Assembly: GCA_026023565.1 (NCBI GenBank)
Contig: JAPETS010000024.1
Location: 434,001-498,000 of the forward strand
Length of the DNA stretch: 64,000 nucleotides
Reading direction: 5' to 3'
Source: Cirrosporium novae-zelandiae
Taxonomy: Eukaryota
The notes under the pieces were generated by a model. It saw only the letters and a program-made list of their open reading frames with translations, was not told the DNA's origin and did not search any database. Position 1 is the stretch's first letter, and each line of letters opens with the position of its first letter. The translations under genes and the position numbers were made by a program. Positions 22,969 through 36,318 of this stretch are shown one piece after another.

Positions 22969-25900
22969 GTTTATAGGATAATTTATTGAAGATGTGAGGA
23001 TGAAGGACTCAAGAAGATGGCATTCGGATGGGGAGTCCAAGACGAGGTCGGGGCGCGGTGTGTCATGCGCGTCATGGGTTAGACATTCTCATTAAAGTTG
23101 AACCTCGGCTCTGAGGTTGTCCGGACGATTACGATGGTTGTATTTAGATAAGGACAATAAAAGCAAAGGGGATATTAATATTCACGTACTGTGGTATAGT
23201 TAATAGCTATCTACTCTAGTTAGGATTGGAAATATATCAACCAGATACATAGGTATCCAAGAAGTGCAGATATAGGAAACTAGCCATGTGAACAACAAAA
23301 AAACAAGAGAGAAAAGCGATATCGAGCGTAATTCTTTAAGGTAGGACTTGAGAATTCTGCATTAATATATATACGAATAGGGAAAAAAACGAAGAATCTT
23401 CTAAAAAGTAGGGGAAGCAGGAGGAAAAGGTAGAATCAAAATGCAACGAGAGCTAGAACAAGACTATTAAAAGTTGGAGCCAAGCAAAGTATAGAGATTT
23501 ACGCTATCATTTTTTAGTCTATTTGCTACTATATTTTACTTATCCTAGATAACAGCTTCCACTGAAAAGGGCTTGCCTCAACACTCTATCTCATCTAGAG
23601 TCTTGTAACGATCTATTCGACTATTAGTCGATATGAATATGAATATCTTCCTGCTATGGAGTGCTTGCCTAGGGACCCTTCAGCTCTGAAAGCAAGCCTC
23701 TCTGTTTCTTGGGCAACCTAGGAGTATTATCCAGGCAAGGCTTCGACTATCGAGTCCAAGGTATAGTAGTGAGACTACTGACTAGAATTTAGAGCCGTTG
23801 TCTCTAAGCTTCATATATATGGGGAAATTACGGGAGATATATTGAAAGTACCATCATGGGCGATAACACTGTAACTTGGTTGTCCGGATAGGGTATCTAA
23901 TAGGATTCTAGCCATGTCAGTAATGGAGCCTAGTATTTCAACATGTGCGATCAAGTCAACACAGTGACTAGAAAGGATTCAACGATGTCCATTATTTATG
24001 TCAAGGTTTGCTCTTTTCGTCTTCGAGCTCCGTTTGGGTAGTCTGGCGTTCTGGTAGTAAATAGATAATATGAGATTGTAGCTTGCAATGATCGAATAGC
24101 GGTCAAAATAGCGAATTAGATGGTAAGCCCATTCTCTTTCTGTTTCGTGTGCAATAATATAACATTGAAAAGGATTCAGTGTCAGCGTGACTTCATCAAA
24201 TATTCAAGCCCAAGCTGTTCAACTCAAGGATAGTGACAACTTTAGTGACCTAAAGGAGTATCATTCAGTTCATAAACAGGTGGGTCGGCTTCAGAACTGT
24301 ATGGCTGTACCTTCCTCCCTCCTATATAAGCGAATGAGAGAAGCACCTCGTATAAAGTAGTATAGAGTACACTTGCATTAGAGGGAAGTGGATGCGTTGA
24401 TACTCCACTTTGACACTGAAAGAATTATATCATTCCATCACCCTCAAGGAATGGAACCTAGAAATAAGGCATAGGATGAAGTGTCGATGTGAATGTCAAT
24501 CCTCAACGAGGCCTTTGATAAGAATGCTCGATATTTTACTTGCAGGTGAACCATGCTAGCAGATACCAACATCCCGGGAATCCCAAAATTATGGTGCTGA
24601 TTGTCGAGCCTAGTGGAATAGGGGTACGGACCCACTGAAGACCTGAGCTGATATAAGTAATGGTGCGTTAGATCACCGATTGGCTAGCTCATTGGTTCGG
24701 CTTCTAAAGTTCTGACCTCACTCTTGATCAATGGTTCAATGGTCCTCTATATACCAGTTGATACTTACTGGCTGCGTGGGAAGAGTTGATTGGATGTTGC
24801 TGGCTCTAAAAGGAAGACATTTAATACTTGATAGTGTCAACTAAAGGCGTCATAAAGGGTTATAATTTATTGAGAAGCTATGATGGTATTATCCGTGATT
24901 GTAAATATGACCCACGCCCTATTTTAGGGGTCTAGGATGTGGAATCATTTCTCTCTTGGAATTAGAAAAGGTTTCAGGTTTGAAGGATCATGAGGAATGC
25001 CGAATATATCGAGAATGCCTAGTATTTCAACCCCTTGGAAGTATTTTTTGAATGCGTTTATGCGCTTAGGATCCTTGGGATTCAATCAGAGTATGTTCAT
25101 TCCTTCAGAATATGTCATGAGAAAAGGTAGTCTTGCATTTGCATTTGCAAATGACTGAATCTAGCATTTGATTATGATGTAAATCGACAAAAGCTTTCCT
25201 CGTAGATAATAGTCGAAAGCAATATGATAAAGCTTTGGTGGCTTTGTGGCTAGTAAAAGGACCTTGCGCTTTCAGAGCTTTATTAATTCACTTTAAGGAC
25301 TATGAGGTTTGTGTTCCTGCCTCGGCATGCAGCAAGAGATCCGAGAAAGCAAACGATGCTTTATAAAAAAGGGGGCATTGCAATAATGACAACATGCAAT
25401 TGCCTAATGAGGGCATTTAAGTTCAGGAGCCCAGATGACAGATACAAGAGGAGTAATCATACAGTGTGAGATCATCGGGGCTAGTAGGAATGAAGGATAA
25501 TGAGTGTACCAAAGTTTTTTGGAATGTTGCAGGGCCAATTGAAAGCGTAGGGTAGCGAAAGACAAACTTCTTTAAAGCTGGGACTTTTGACGAACCATAC
25601 TAAAGTAGGTAGGTGCAAGCTAAGGGGTGTCAAGATCTCGTCTCCTTACACTGGGTCTCTAATAATAATATTTAGGGCCAAATCGAGTGCATGGAAAGCA
25701 GCTGAAAAGATAGTCCAATCAGTGATATATAACTTCTTTCAGAAAACGGACACGGTAAAGCTTGGCGGACGGGTTGTAGGCCTATCTCTTTCAGCCACAT
25801 CGGTCCCAAGGGTTCGTTTCATGGGGAGTAGGGCTTAGTTGGAGCTGACTGCATGTCAACTTTGAGCGGCTTCCTATTTCGGAAGTCATAAATTGGTGGA

Positions 25901-28900
25901 TTATTAACTAGAAATTGGCCGACTGATCAACTGGTCAGTTAAGCTTCAATGAAGAATGACATGAATAAGTATCAGTACCTAAGGACTCAAGAGTTAAGAG
26001 TGAAGAGTCATTTAGGTATTTATCAGCGAGTCAATTTGTCAACTGTCTCTTGAGAGCTAAATGGGCGGAGTTAACATGGTAGTTAGAATTAAGCATATCC
26101 GAGTGTGATTGAGGAATGTGACTGGTTCAAAGGTCATGAATGACAATTAATGGTGGTGAATGATGGGAATGATGGGAATGATGGATAAGCACGGATTTTA
26201 CAAATCAACCGGAACTGAAATCTCGGCCCAACTTTGTGCCATGAATGCCAAGAATTTTATGAGTAATTAATCCCGAAACGTCAATTTTTCTTTGATCTTC
26301 GGTCAAGCCTTGAGCTTGTTTTTAGTCTTCACTTGTATTTTTCGCTTCCGCTCCTCGCTTTCGCTTTCGCTTTCCCCGCATTTTTCTCGTTAAGTCCGGA
26401 TCATGGGTCTTAGGCTTTTAGGCTTTTAATCTTCGTTGTCTCCGAAAGGGTCCAACATTTGATTTGTTGGCCGCCCTACAGGCTTTTGCTGGCGCCCTCA
26501 GGCTGAAATGATTCACAGTAGAAAAAACAACAACCACCAAACGTTAATTACCTAGCTAGGTAAATAATGAACATCTTTTTTATCCCAATTGTTGTTACTT
26601 TAATGTGTGCCATGCCGTGACTAGCGGGACCTAACTATATTAATTGATGTAGTCATATTCTTCCCAATTTGTGTGACTTGGATGGTTCTCGATTATGCCC
26701 AGATTCATACCTTCTAGAAAGAGAACAAAAGCATGGTTATTGCTTCGCCATGGAGGAAAAGAAAGCCGAGCAGGACCTCAAAAACATGACAATATGTCCG
26801 CATATGGAATGATATTCAGGGTCCAATGCAGTTGCGGTAGCATTTTGGTGGACTTTTGGTGTAAGCACAAAAAATAGACCGGGAATTAGAGTAGGGAGCA
26901 GACCTGTAACTAGAAGTACTTCAGCGAGAAGGGGTCAAAGCTGACCGCTGTTACATAGGTGGATGGATAACAAGTTCCCTGAAGACACGCTTTGATTGTG
27001 ATACATAACGAGGGTTTGGGGGCTGATGCTTACAAGGAAAGACCTTTGTTGTATTGAATGTAAACATTGAAAGCTGGAGGCCTGCAGTGCAAGGCTGCAA
27101 CATTCTTGAGTGGATTTCTTCAATTGAACAAGAATTGTACAGACTCGGAGGGGGTTTTCGGGTAGACCGCCTACCGGTAGCCAGGAGTCAAAGAGCCAAG
27201 AGCCAAGATTACCGGCTTAAGCAAAGCCTCAGTGGGAACACCAAACACCAAACACCAAATTAAATCCCCTGCAGCGTTACGCAGAAGCGGCCGTAAAGCC
27301 ACTTCCATGTGTCCTTAATCCCTATTGCAATCTTCTTTCTGCCTTGCCTTGTTGTCAAAATTACCGCCTAAATCTTCAATTACTATCCGTTGAGGGAGCA
27401 ACGTTGTGACGGCGCCCTTGGAATAAACTGCTATTCGGTATCTCCTTGGAAGCTCTGACCAAGACTGTATAAACTAGGTTTGCTGTATACAAGATTCCTC
27501 TCGGCACTCTACTCGAGTAAGTTCAAAGTCGTGGGGAATAAAGCGGATACAAAAGAAATATCAGAATCCGTACCGACGGAATCTTTGGTACACTGAAATG
27601 CCGATGCGAATGTTAGGCAGTCAGTTTTAATTTGAATTTCAAGAAAGGAAAATGCGGATGGCTTATCATATGTAAAATTAAACATTATCTATACGGTCAC
27701 TATACGGTAGTTATACGATATACGATAAGATACGGTTGATAGTAACAGTTTCAATCAGGTGGAACAGTCAAATATGAATGAGGCGGGCGGTGTATTTCTC
27801 AGGTTTCTCTGTGTTGTCTGCAAGACAACCAATGTCTGGTACCGATCAATTGGTTCGTAGAAAAAATGGAAGCCTGGCTTACCGAAGCGGTCAACAAGTC
27901 ATTGTGGCTCGTGGCTTGTTGCAGGATTGGGTGATGGAGAATGGGGGATGGGTGATGGATGAGTGATACCTAAGGTAACCATGACAGAGAAAAGGAATTC
28001 AGGTACACGGAGGGATTTTTGGCCCTCTGGAGCATTTCTAACCAATCTCTCAAATAGTTCCTAATTCTGTTAATGGTGGTCGGTGGGCACGGATAGATTT
28101 CTGATCCACGTCAGAGTTAAGTCGAGTCAAGTCAGTTGGAATCAGTCAGACATTAAAGTTATGGTGGATGAGTTAAGCAACATTGACCAGGTGCTAAGTA
28201 ATTAATGGTCATGGATCTTTAGCAAGCTTTGGATTGCTGTATTGAGCAATACGGACAAAAAGGCGGATTTGAAAGCGGATGCGGGAGAAGATGAAGGAAG
28301 ACTGGGAATCAATAAGAAGCGAGAACTTGGAGATTTGGCTTCCATCATTCTTGAGAATCCCTGTTATATCCCTGTAAAGTATCCTCATCGTAGGCAGAGG
28401 AGTTCCGCAGGCACCGAGGCTCGCTTTCGGAGTTTGGATTGCCCTTAACCGACCAACGCACGTACGGACGGCACCCAAAGGGAAAAAAAAAAAAAAAAAA
28501 AAAAGCTTACGTTTAGTGACGGTACAAGGATGAGAAATCCACCGCATCCTGAGCTGGACGGATACAGACCTTCCTGCTTAACTCCAGATGTCAAGGGTGT
28601 CGGCCCCGAGGATGCTTGCTAAAATGCGCTCCCATGAAAGAAACATAAAAGAACTTGCGAAGCCCACTTGATCACCGTTTCATTTCGAACTCCACAATAC
28701 AACTCAATAACATCAAACATATCTATATTCTCTGCACTGCATCTGCTGAGAAAAAATAAATCAAGCCTGCAACCTGCAACCCACAACAACTTTCAAGCAT
28801 CTAGACTTTGGACCCCACCCTGGTCACCGCCCCAGTTATATTCCTTGTTTGATTGGTGAGTACCGCCCTGCCCGCCCTTTCGTTCTGCCGCCTATTACAA

Positions 28901-28978
28901 GGCAGCTTTCCCAGTTCATTGACTCACATTTGACATCAGACTCTACTTTATATTGCCAATCATCACGACATAAGCATC

Positions 28979-29764
28979 ATGTCTACTACAACTCTCAAAC
29001 ATCAACAACCATCCTCCTCACCCAACTCTCCCATTGCTCGACCACCACAAAAAAAGCAAAAGATGAGCATCACTCAAACATATTACCTCGCCCACACTGC
29101 TCGAGGCAAGCTCTCCAAGGAGGCTGCCCAGCCAGATCACAACCTTCGTCTCCTTGTTGGCCATGCCAACCTTCTTGACTCGTTGATGCTCGACCTGGCC
29201 GAAGCAGAAAGGGAGCAAGAACAATGGTTCAACCAGACCGTCCGAGGTGCACAGAAGGAGGAGGAACAAAGACACATCCAATGGGCCGAGACTATTGTGG
29301 AAGACCCAGAGGACGAGTTTGAAGTTTCAGACAGCGAATCAGAGTCGGATTCTGATGATGAGGAGGAGGAGGAAGACTTCATTGCTCCAACCCCAAGACG
29401 GAGAGCACCCACACCAACAGCAATTATCACCGAGACTGAAGTCGATGAAGACGACGACATGGAGGAGGATGATGAAGATCAGTTTGGCGAACTTGCACTC
29501 CAACGAACACACTCCCATCCATCACCACCTGAGCTGCTACATGCCGACTCGGATTCGGATTCGGATTCGGATGATGCAATGCCACTCTCACCACCACAAC
29601 CCTCGATCGAATCCCTCACTGAACAGCAACGCCAAGCCATAGCCACCACAAGCCTTTATCAAAACAAGTCGCAACCACTATCAGAAGCAGAGCAAGCCAG
29701 CTTTGTAGAAGATGGCTATTTTCTACCACAACGAGATACACCGACAGTCGTTTCAGCCTACTAA
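28979..29764 (+). CDS. Ecm13-like conserved fungal protein
   Basis: Motif YYLAHTARGKLSKEA..DHNLRLLVGHANLLDSL followed by an acidic low-complexity region. Intact intronless ORF. Confidence 0.75.
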   Translation: MSTTTLKHQQPSSSPNSPIARPPQKKQKMSITQTYYLAHTARGKLSKEAAQPDHNLRLLVGHANLLDSLMLDLAEAEREQEQWFNQTVRGAQKEEEQRHIQWAETIVEDPEDEFEVSDSESESDSDDEEEEEDFIAPTPRRRAPTPTAIITETEVDEDDDMEEDDEDQFGELALQRTHSHPSPPELLHADSDSDSDSDDAMPLSPPQPSIESLTEQQRQAIATTSLYQNKSQPLSEAEQASFVEDGYFLPQRDTPTVVSAY

Positions 29765-32700
29765 AAATCATTCATTAAAAAATATTTCATTGATATTATC
29801 CTCACGATTCCCCTTGTACTGGCTATGGCGGCAACTTTCTGGGATTCAGTCGAGCATATTTAGCGAGCGAATTGGGTACATTTTCTAATATCCAACATTT
29901 ACATGCAAGGCGTTGGAAGAGATGGTCTTGGGTTTCTTTTTCTGTACAGTATGTGGTATCTAAATACAGATACCTTATGGGACCCACGGACTATTTGTGA
30001 TGACTGGCCATTAAGGGAATTATTATTTACCTGTTTTCATATATGGATGAAGGAGGAGGAAAAGATGGCCGGTCGGGATTTGGTTTTACATCTTCTGAAA
30101 CAGAAGATAGTCATTGATTAGCATAGCTCATCTACTTGCTACCTGACAAAACAGTCAGGTTCATAAAGCATGAAAATTCAATTAAAAAAAAATATTAATA
30201 TTGATTCAAAACAATCATCTCAATTTTCTCCTGTAGTACCTTGTTCTCTAACTTGCTTCCTTGATACATAGTCATAATCATGTTATTATTAGCGAAACAT
30301 ATTACCAGAAGTTGGTAACGTGGCGTAACATTAAGTAATATTCATTGCCCAGACGCTGGTGCAGGCAGCAGGTAAGTATTGTAGTTACATGTGAAACCCC
30401 ATGTCATTTATGTTTTGCATAAGTGATTGTGATTCTTACACGTTTTCTCTGCGCAAAAGTTGACTCTTGGCCCTTGTGGCCTATTCGTACAGGCCTCGTA
30501 TATCTCTCGTACATGGGCTCGCAAGTTGATACGGTCTAGGAATGGACACGAAATTGGGCCAAGGAGTTCAAACCCAATATTTGCCGATGCCTAGGGCACT
30601 GCCTCTCCTCCATGTCCGTACGAGGCTCTCAGCTACTAATTCCCGTCAGACCAATGCACAGAAACCCACAGCGATTTCTTTCTTTTCGCATGCATAGTTT
30701 GTTATCGCATGGACTGAGCAGATGACCCTCCCATAATTTGACTAAAGCCCCAAGCATACTTACATTTACTATTTCTAGGCATCCTATTTCCCAAGGCCAT
30801 CTTGGGTCCTCCACTCATGTGGAAAATTCCGGTAGTGTCGGGCCTAGAGTAGCCGATGGATAAAGATGCGGGTGTTAATCGTTAATTGTTAATTCGATCA
30901 CCAGGACAATGAACGATATGAGGAAATTCTGACGAAGACGATGAGTGGACGATTAACAAATTCATGACCACACAGAGTCGGAGGATCGGATCAAGAGTGA
31001 TTTCCACGGAGTCACGGTCTTAACGGCGTTTTGAGTTTTTTTTACTAAGTATTCTAGACGCGGGTGATGATTCATCCTGGCTTATGCAAACAAGCAGGGG
31101 TATTTTTATGCTGATTGTCCGTCATTGCCAATCTGTTTTCGGCTTCATGGTCCGTTCGTAGGGCTATCCGAGGAGATCGATCGCTTGTCCGTCTCCGTCT
31201 CATCGGTGAGACGGAGTTGTTTCGACCCCGAAATGATGAACTGATGTGGCACGTGTGTGTGGCTCGAAGACATTCCAAGTTTCAGCCTTGTTTTTGTTCT
31301 TGTGTTCATTTCAACCATGGAAAGAGACGAATCATCATCATCTAATCTGATCGATTTAATCAGATTGCGCCATCATTACGAATCAGAAGAAAAGTCCATC
31401 AAAGCTTGAAAATATAGAAAAGAGAGAAAAAAAAACCAACTCTTCCCAAGACCCCGCCAGTATTTCCTCTTTTCTATTAGTAAAGAGCCGCAGTTGTCCG
31501 AGATGACCGAGGGTCCCTTGCTGGACCCCTTGGAACGGATATTCATGGAATCTTCTATTTTTTAAATTGACGTTAGGCAGCTATAAAAAATTACTTTAGA
31601 CTAGTAGTATTAGGCTGATAGAAAATTCTTGTCAAATTGGAAATTAGCAATGGTCCATGCGGGATTAATGATCAATACTGTAATGAAGAAACCTTTGCGC
31701 ACAACAATTTTTTTGTTGCAAGTTTTTGAGAAAAGATATTTTCGGGTTAGACTTGATCCAATGCGATGATAAGATTAGTCGGATCGTCAACCTGTTCCTG
31801 GGTCCATGTCAGAAAAATTACTTTAACCGAACATCCGGGTCTTTTGTGAAATGTGAAGACTGTTCATTATTTTATGAATGCCCCCACTTTAGGATGTTAG
31901 TGAAGGATATGCAGGCATTCACAAATGGTAAATATCTCCACGTTTCTATCTCCAGGGTTCTCCGCCATTGAGATATTTCCTGTCGCCCGGACTCATAACA
32001 TCTCCGAATATACACCATTTCCCCGACTTTATTGCCAATGAGATACTTTACCAACCTTCTCTAACTTACCAATACTCGAGTATATTCAATTATCGTACCA
32101 GTCCAGACCTCTCCTCAGGTTCCTGTCTCCCTCACGTGGCCATCCCTTTCTATGAAATAAGCATATTCCTTCTCATTCTCCTCTTTCTTCATCTCTGTTT
32201 ATGTGCTTGGTCATATATCTATTCCCAATCCTGTGAGGGCGGGGTTTATTTGCTCCTTTTGTCGTCTGAATCTGCATCGTACATGTGAAGCCGTGTTGTC
32301 AATCTATGTTTAATCCCTGTTGCACTCTCTGTCCTCCTTCATGTGTATTCTTGCACAAATATTAATTACACGTGTCGCGACTCTATTTCAGATACGCTTT
32401 CAAATGTTTCTATACTGCTGGCTGGTTTGCATAAGCTCTCATGATATTTTGGCGGAGCACGGACCTGGTCGAGGTGTCTTATCTGGCACCTCGTATTATG
32501 AACTCCTCTATATTTCTCTATAGCTGTAACTACTAATTGTTTACGGCTCCTGTTCCTTTGTTCCCTCTTCTCTTTTTGGGAGTCCAAGTCCGGTCCCACC
32601 GCAACTGGAGACCTGATAACTTGTGGAATATTTACAACACCACCATACTTTGCTGGCAATGGGTCCTCCTGGGATAGTTTGATGCCCCTCTCCCTTGTTT

Positions 32701-35700
32701 GATACATACTATTTTCTTTCTAAGGATATTCCATGTCTGGCCCACTTTTGACCAGTTCTGACGTGTTCCAAAACGAGTCCGCCTCATGCTCTTCCCTTCA
32801 CCGCCACAACGATCGGTTTCACAACCTCTAAACTTTGGGACCCATTTCGCCCCCACAGTTAACAATTGCAGAGCATTCTACCAAAATTCTAGAAACCCTA
32901 TGCTAGCAATCCCTAAGGACAGTTGCACCTCATTTCGAACGGAAACCTCGAGCTAGAAATCCATCCGCCTCTCATTTCTCCAAACTAGCATATCATATTT
33001 CTTTCCACGAGATTTACCTTACCTTACCCCGAATTTCTTCTAGGGACTGGACCACTCGTTCATAAACCTCAGTATTATATCAAACAAACACATACGGCCA
33101 TAGGCTTGAGAAAACTGGGCATCCCGTCCGCTCTGCCACACATAACCTCGAGGCCGGCTGGTTAGTAGCTGGGTCGGTGACGACCAGTGAATCCTAGCTG
33201 CTGTATGTGTTTTGTTTTTTGTTTTCCTTCTTTTTTGTTTCTTTTTATAAAGAAGATACAGCCCTCTGGCTATTAGCGTTTGGCACTCTATACGGTGGTT
33301 ATTTCCCCAAGGTCTCCTAAGTATTTGTCGGGATGCCATAAATACCAAGTTGGGTTTGATTCCCAAGAGCGCTAGTGATTGGTCACATTGGTATCAGTGT
33401 TCTTCTGTATTTACTGATGCAAAGGTCTAACTCGACTAGAACTTGACCTTGACCCTTAGCCAAAGGCTTCATCTTGCCTGAAAGCCTCCCTAACATGAAT
33501 AGTCCAAGTCCGCCTCTACTAACACCTACCCATAACCTATATTATATTGCTCAATATACAAAAGAACCAAATAACTAATATCCCAATCCCTTTATACCTC
33601 GGCCCCCGCCGCTATAAACCTATAACTAAAGATACAAGCTCTCATCCCGCATCCCACATCCCTATATTCAATACCCACCTTGGTATGATGCATATAGCCA
33701 CACCATATAACATATCCACACTACAGTAAATCGACAAACCAACAACGAACATTCTTTCACTCCCCACCCCCTCTAAACCAAACCAACCTTAACAAAAAAC
33801 CGGACCGAACCCAACTTTTAAAAATTAAAACCACCCTTCGACCCTTCAGTACATCCACTCCGACAATGAAAAAGCAACCCCTCCATTCCCCTCTAGCTCC
33901 TAATTCCTAAGTCCAAAGTCCAATCCCGCGACTTCCCAAGGTCCAAGATCACAAAACCCCAAACCCCAAATGGACGGATAGATAAGACTCCAGAGAACTG
34001 AACTGAAAATCCCTATCTATAGTCTTTATTACCTTATTTATCTTAAACCCTAAACTAAACCAGACCAAACCAAACTAGTTCCCCCCCTCTCTCTCACACT
34101 CTTCTCGCAGTCCTCACAGACCCAACCTACCTACTATCTACCTATATTCCTATCTCCCTTGCCCGAAAAAGCCATATTCCATTCATACATTCATTCATAC
34201 ATACATGCCTTTCCGAGGAAGGAAGGGACGTTCTCAAATCTAAATCCAAATCCAAACTCTTCTGAGCTCGGAGCTCGGAGATGAATAGGTTCGTGCGTAG
34301 TCTAGTATATAGATACATAGATACATAACCCCTCCCCCCCCCCAGCCACTCGATAACTATAGTTAAGATTTAACAATAACAACAACAACGACAACAAAAA
34401 AGTCCCAAAATTAAGAGGGAAAGAAAAACTAAACACAATACCCACGCATAAAAAATATTACAATATTACAACCCTTACAAATCTCATATAATTACACCAA
34501 ATCCATCATACCGCACTTGCACCCCCCATCCCCCATCCCCCATCCCCCTTTCCTTTCCTTTCTCCCCTTCCCAAACTCCCCCTAACCCCCAACCATCCCC
34601 CAAAAAACCCCCCCGAATCCAGATCCAGATCCAGATACATATATAAACACACTACTAACTATCCCCTATATCCTTATAATTTATAATTTTCCTAAAGCAT
34701 ATATTGAATATTGGCAATTTAAACACGGGGATGGGGGTGGAGATGGAGATGAACAGAAAATAGAACGATGGAGAGATGGGATCCCTTTTTCAAGATCTGG
34801 ATGGATGGAGGAGATGGATATCCTCAACCCCCCTTCCCCCTTTTATTGTTATTTTTATTGTTATTGTTATTCCCATCCTCTCATCCTCTCTCATGCAGAG
34901 AAGAAGAAAAAATATAAGATATAAGGTATAAGGTATGGGATTTATATTCGTATTCGTATTTATCTTTATATCCCTAGTAACTAGACTGCTTACTTACTTA
35001 CTTACCTCCCTGCTTGCATATAGATAGATAGATAGATAGATAGATATACATTCGAACCGAACCTGAGTATGGATATGCACGGGGGTTGGGGATGTGGATG
35101 GGGATATGGATAAGTATGGATGATACAGATGGGATAACACAGATGGATGGATGGATGGGACATGTAATATATATAGAATACGAGATACTCACAACATCAC
35201 CCCAGAATCCCAGGAATCCCAGAATCCATCCCCCCAAACCCATTTCAAAACTATCCCACCACCGATTCACACCCCTTTTCCTCTTTCCCCTTCTAGCCTC
35301 CCCTTTCCCCTTTCCCATTCTTCAGGTTAAGGCTAAACCAAACCAAACCAAACCAAACCAAAAAAACGCAAACCCGAGGTAATTAGTTCTGTTTCCTAGA
35401 AGAGAGAGTAAAAAAAAAGGGGGTGTTGATAAATATAAATCTCATGTTTAGCTTTCAACTTAATGAATTTTTTTTAGCATTATACTCACACAGATACACA
35501 GACACACAAACAGCTCTCATAATTCAATAATCATTTCATATGGCAGTGTAGTAGTAGTAGCAAGTTAGTAATAGTAATGAAGAAAAAATTTCTTTCGTAT
35601 ACCAATCAATCAATCCCTAATATCATCCAATCCAATTCCATTTCCATTGCATCCCATACCATACCATCCCCCCCTAATCTTGTCCATCCATCCATCCACC

Positions 35701-36318
35701 CATTCCGATTCATAATAATACCAAAAGCCACACACCCACACACAAGAAAGAAAAAAAGTAGAATTCACCAATCCACATATAAGCCATAAAAGCAAAAAAA
35801 AATCCGATCCATACATAATCCGCATTTTCTTTCACAGCCAACCAACCAATCAATTAGCCGGCCAGCGCACACTAGGAAAACAAATACAAACTAATGGAAC
35901 CTTTAATCATATCATACCATATCATCATATCATGCATGAAGCTCGGATGAAACTGTTGGTTCTTGTTGTCTGTCGCTTTGGAGTTTGGAGTTTGGGGGGG
36001 GGGGGGGGGGTTTCGTTATGTAGTTTTGTGGTCGTGTTTGCGTTTGTAGGGGGAGGGAGGAGATTCGTTTCAAAGGTCGTAAATTCCGTATCCATATCCA
36101 TCATATCATTATAGAAGTTTTCGCAAAATGCTGAAATTGAAAATGCAGATATTCATAACGGTCATGCGTTGATTCATGCATGATATGAAAAAAAAAGAGT
36201 GTTAGGAAACTAGACTCCTTGTTTGAGGGGAATCCTCCCAAAGCCGAAAAGTTACATTCAAATGAAACGCGAAAAGGGGGTACTCCTTAGAAAAGCCCTA
36301 ACTCCGTAGAATAAATCC

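Noticed and set aside
30535..30580. Pol III B-box-like GTTCAAAC
   Set aside because: No tRNA cloverleaf or properly spaced A box; the same applies to the similar motif near 63850.
31060..31355. C/D box snoRNA-like motifs (GTGATGA 31064, ATGATGA 31233, CTGA 31111 and 31347)
   Set aside because: No convincing rRNA-complementary guide next to the D boxes, and only a 3-bp terminal stem.
34041..34060. Telomere-like AAACCCTAAA
   Set aside because: Only one CCCTAA unit in A/C-rich low-complexity DNA, with none of the TER structural elements nearby.
33700..35900. Repeat-rich tract considered as a CRISPR-like array or mobile element
   Set aside because: Only mixed short microsatellites and homopolymers; no repeat-spacer periodicity, terminal repeats or transposase remnants, and the DNA is eukaryotic.
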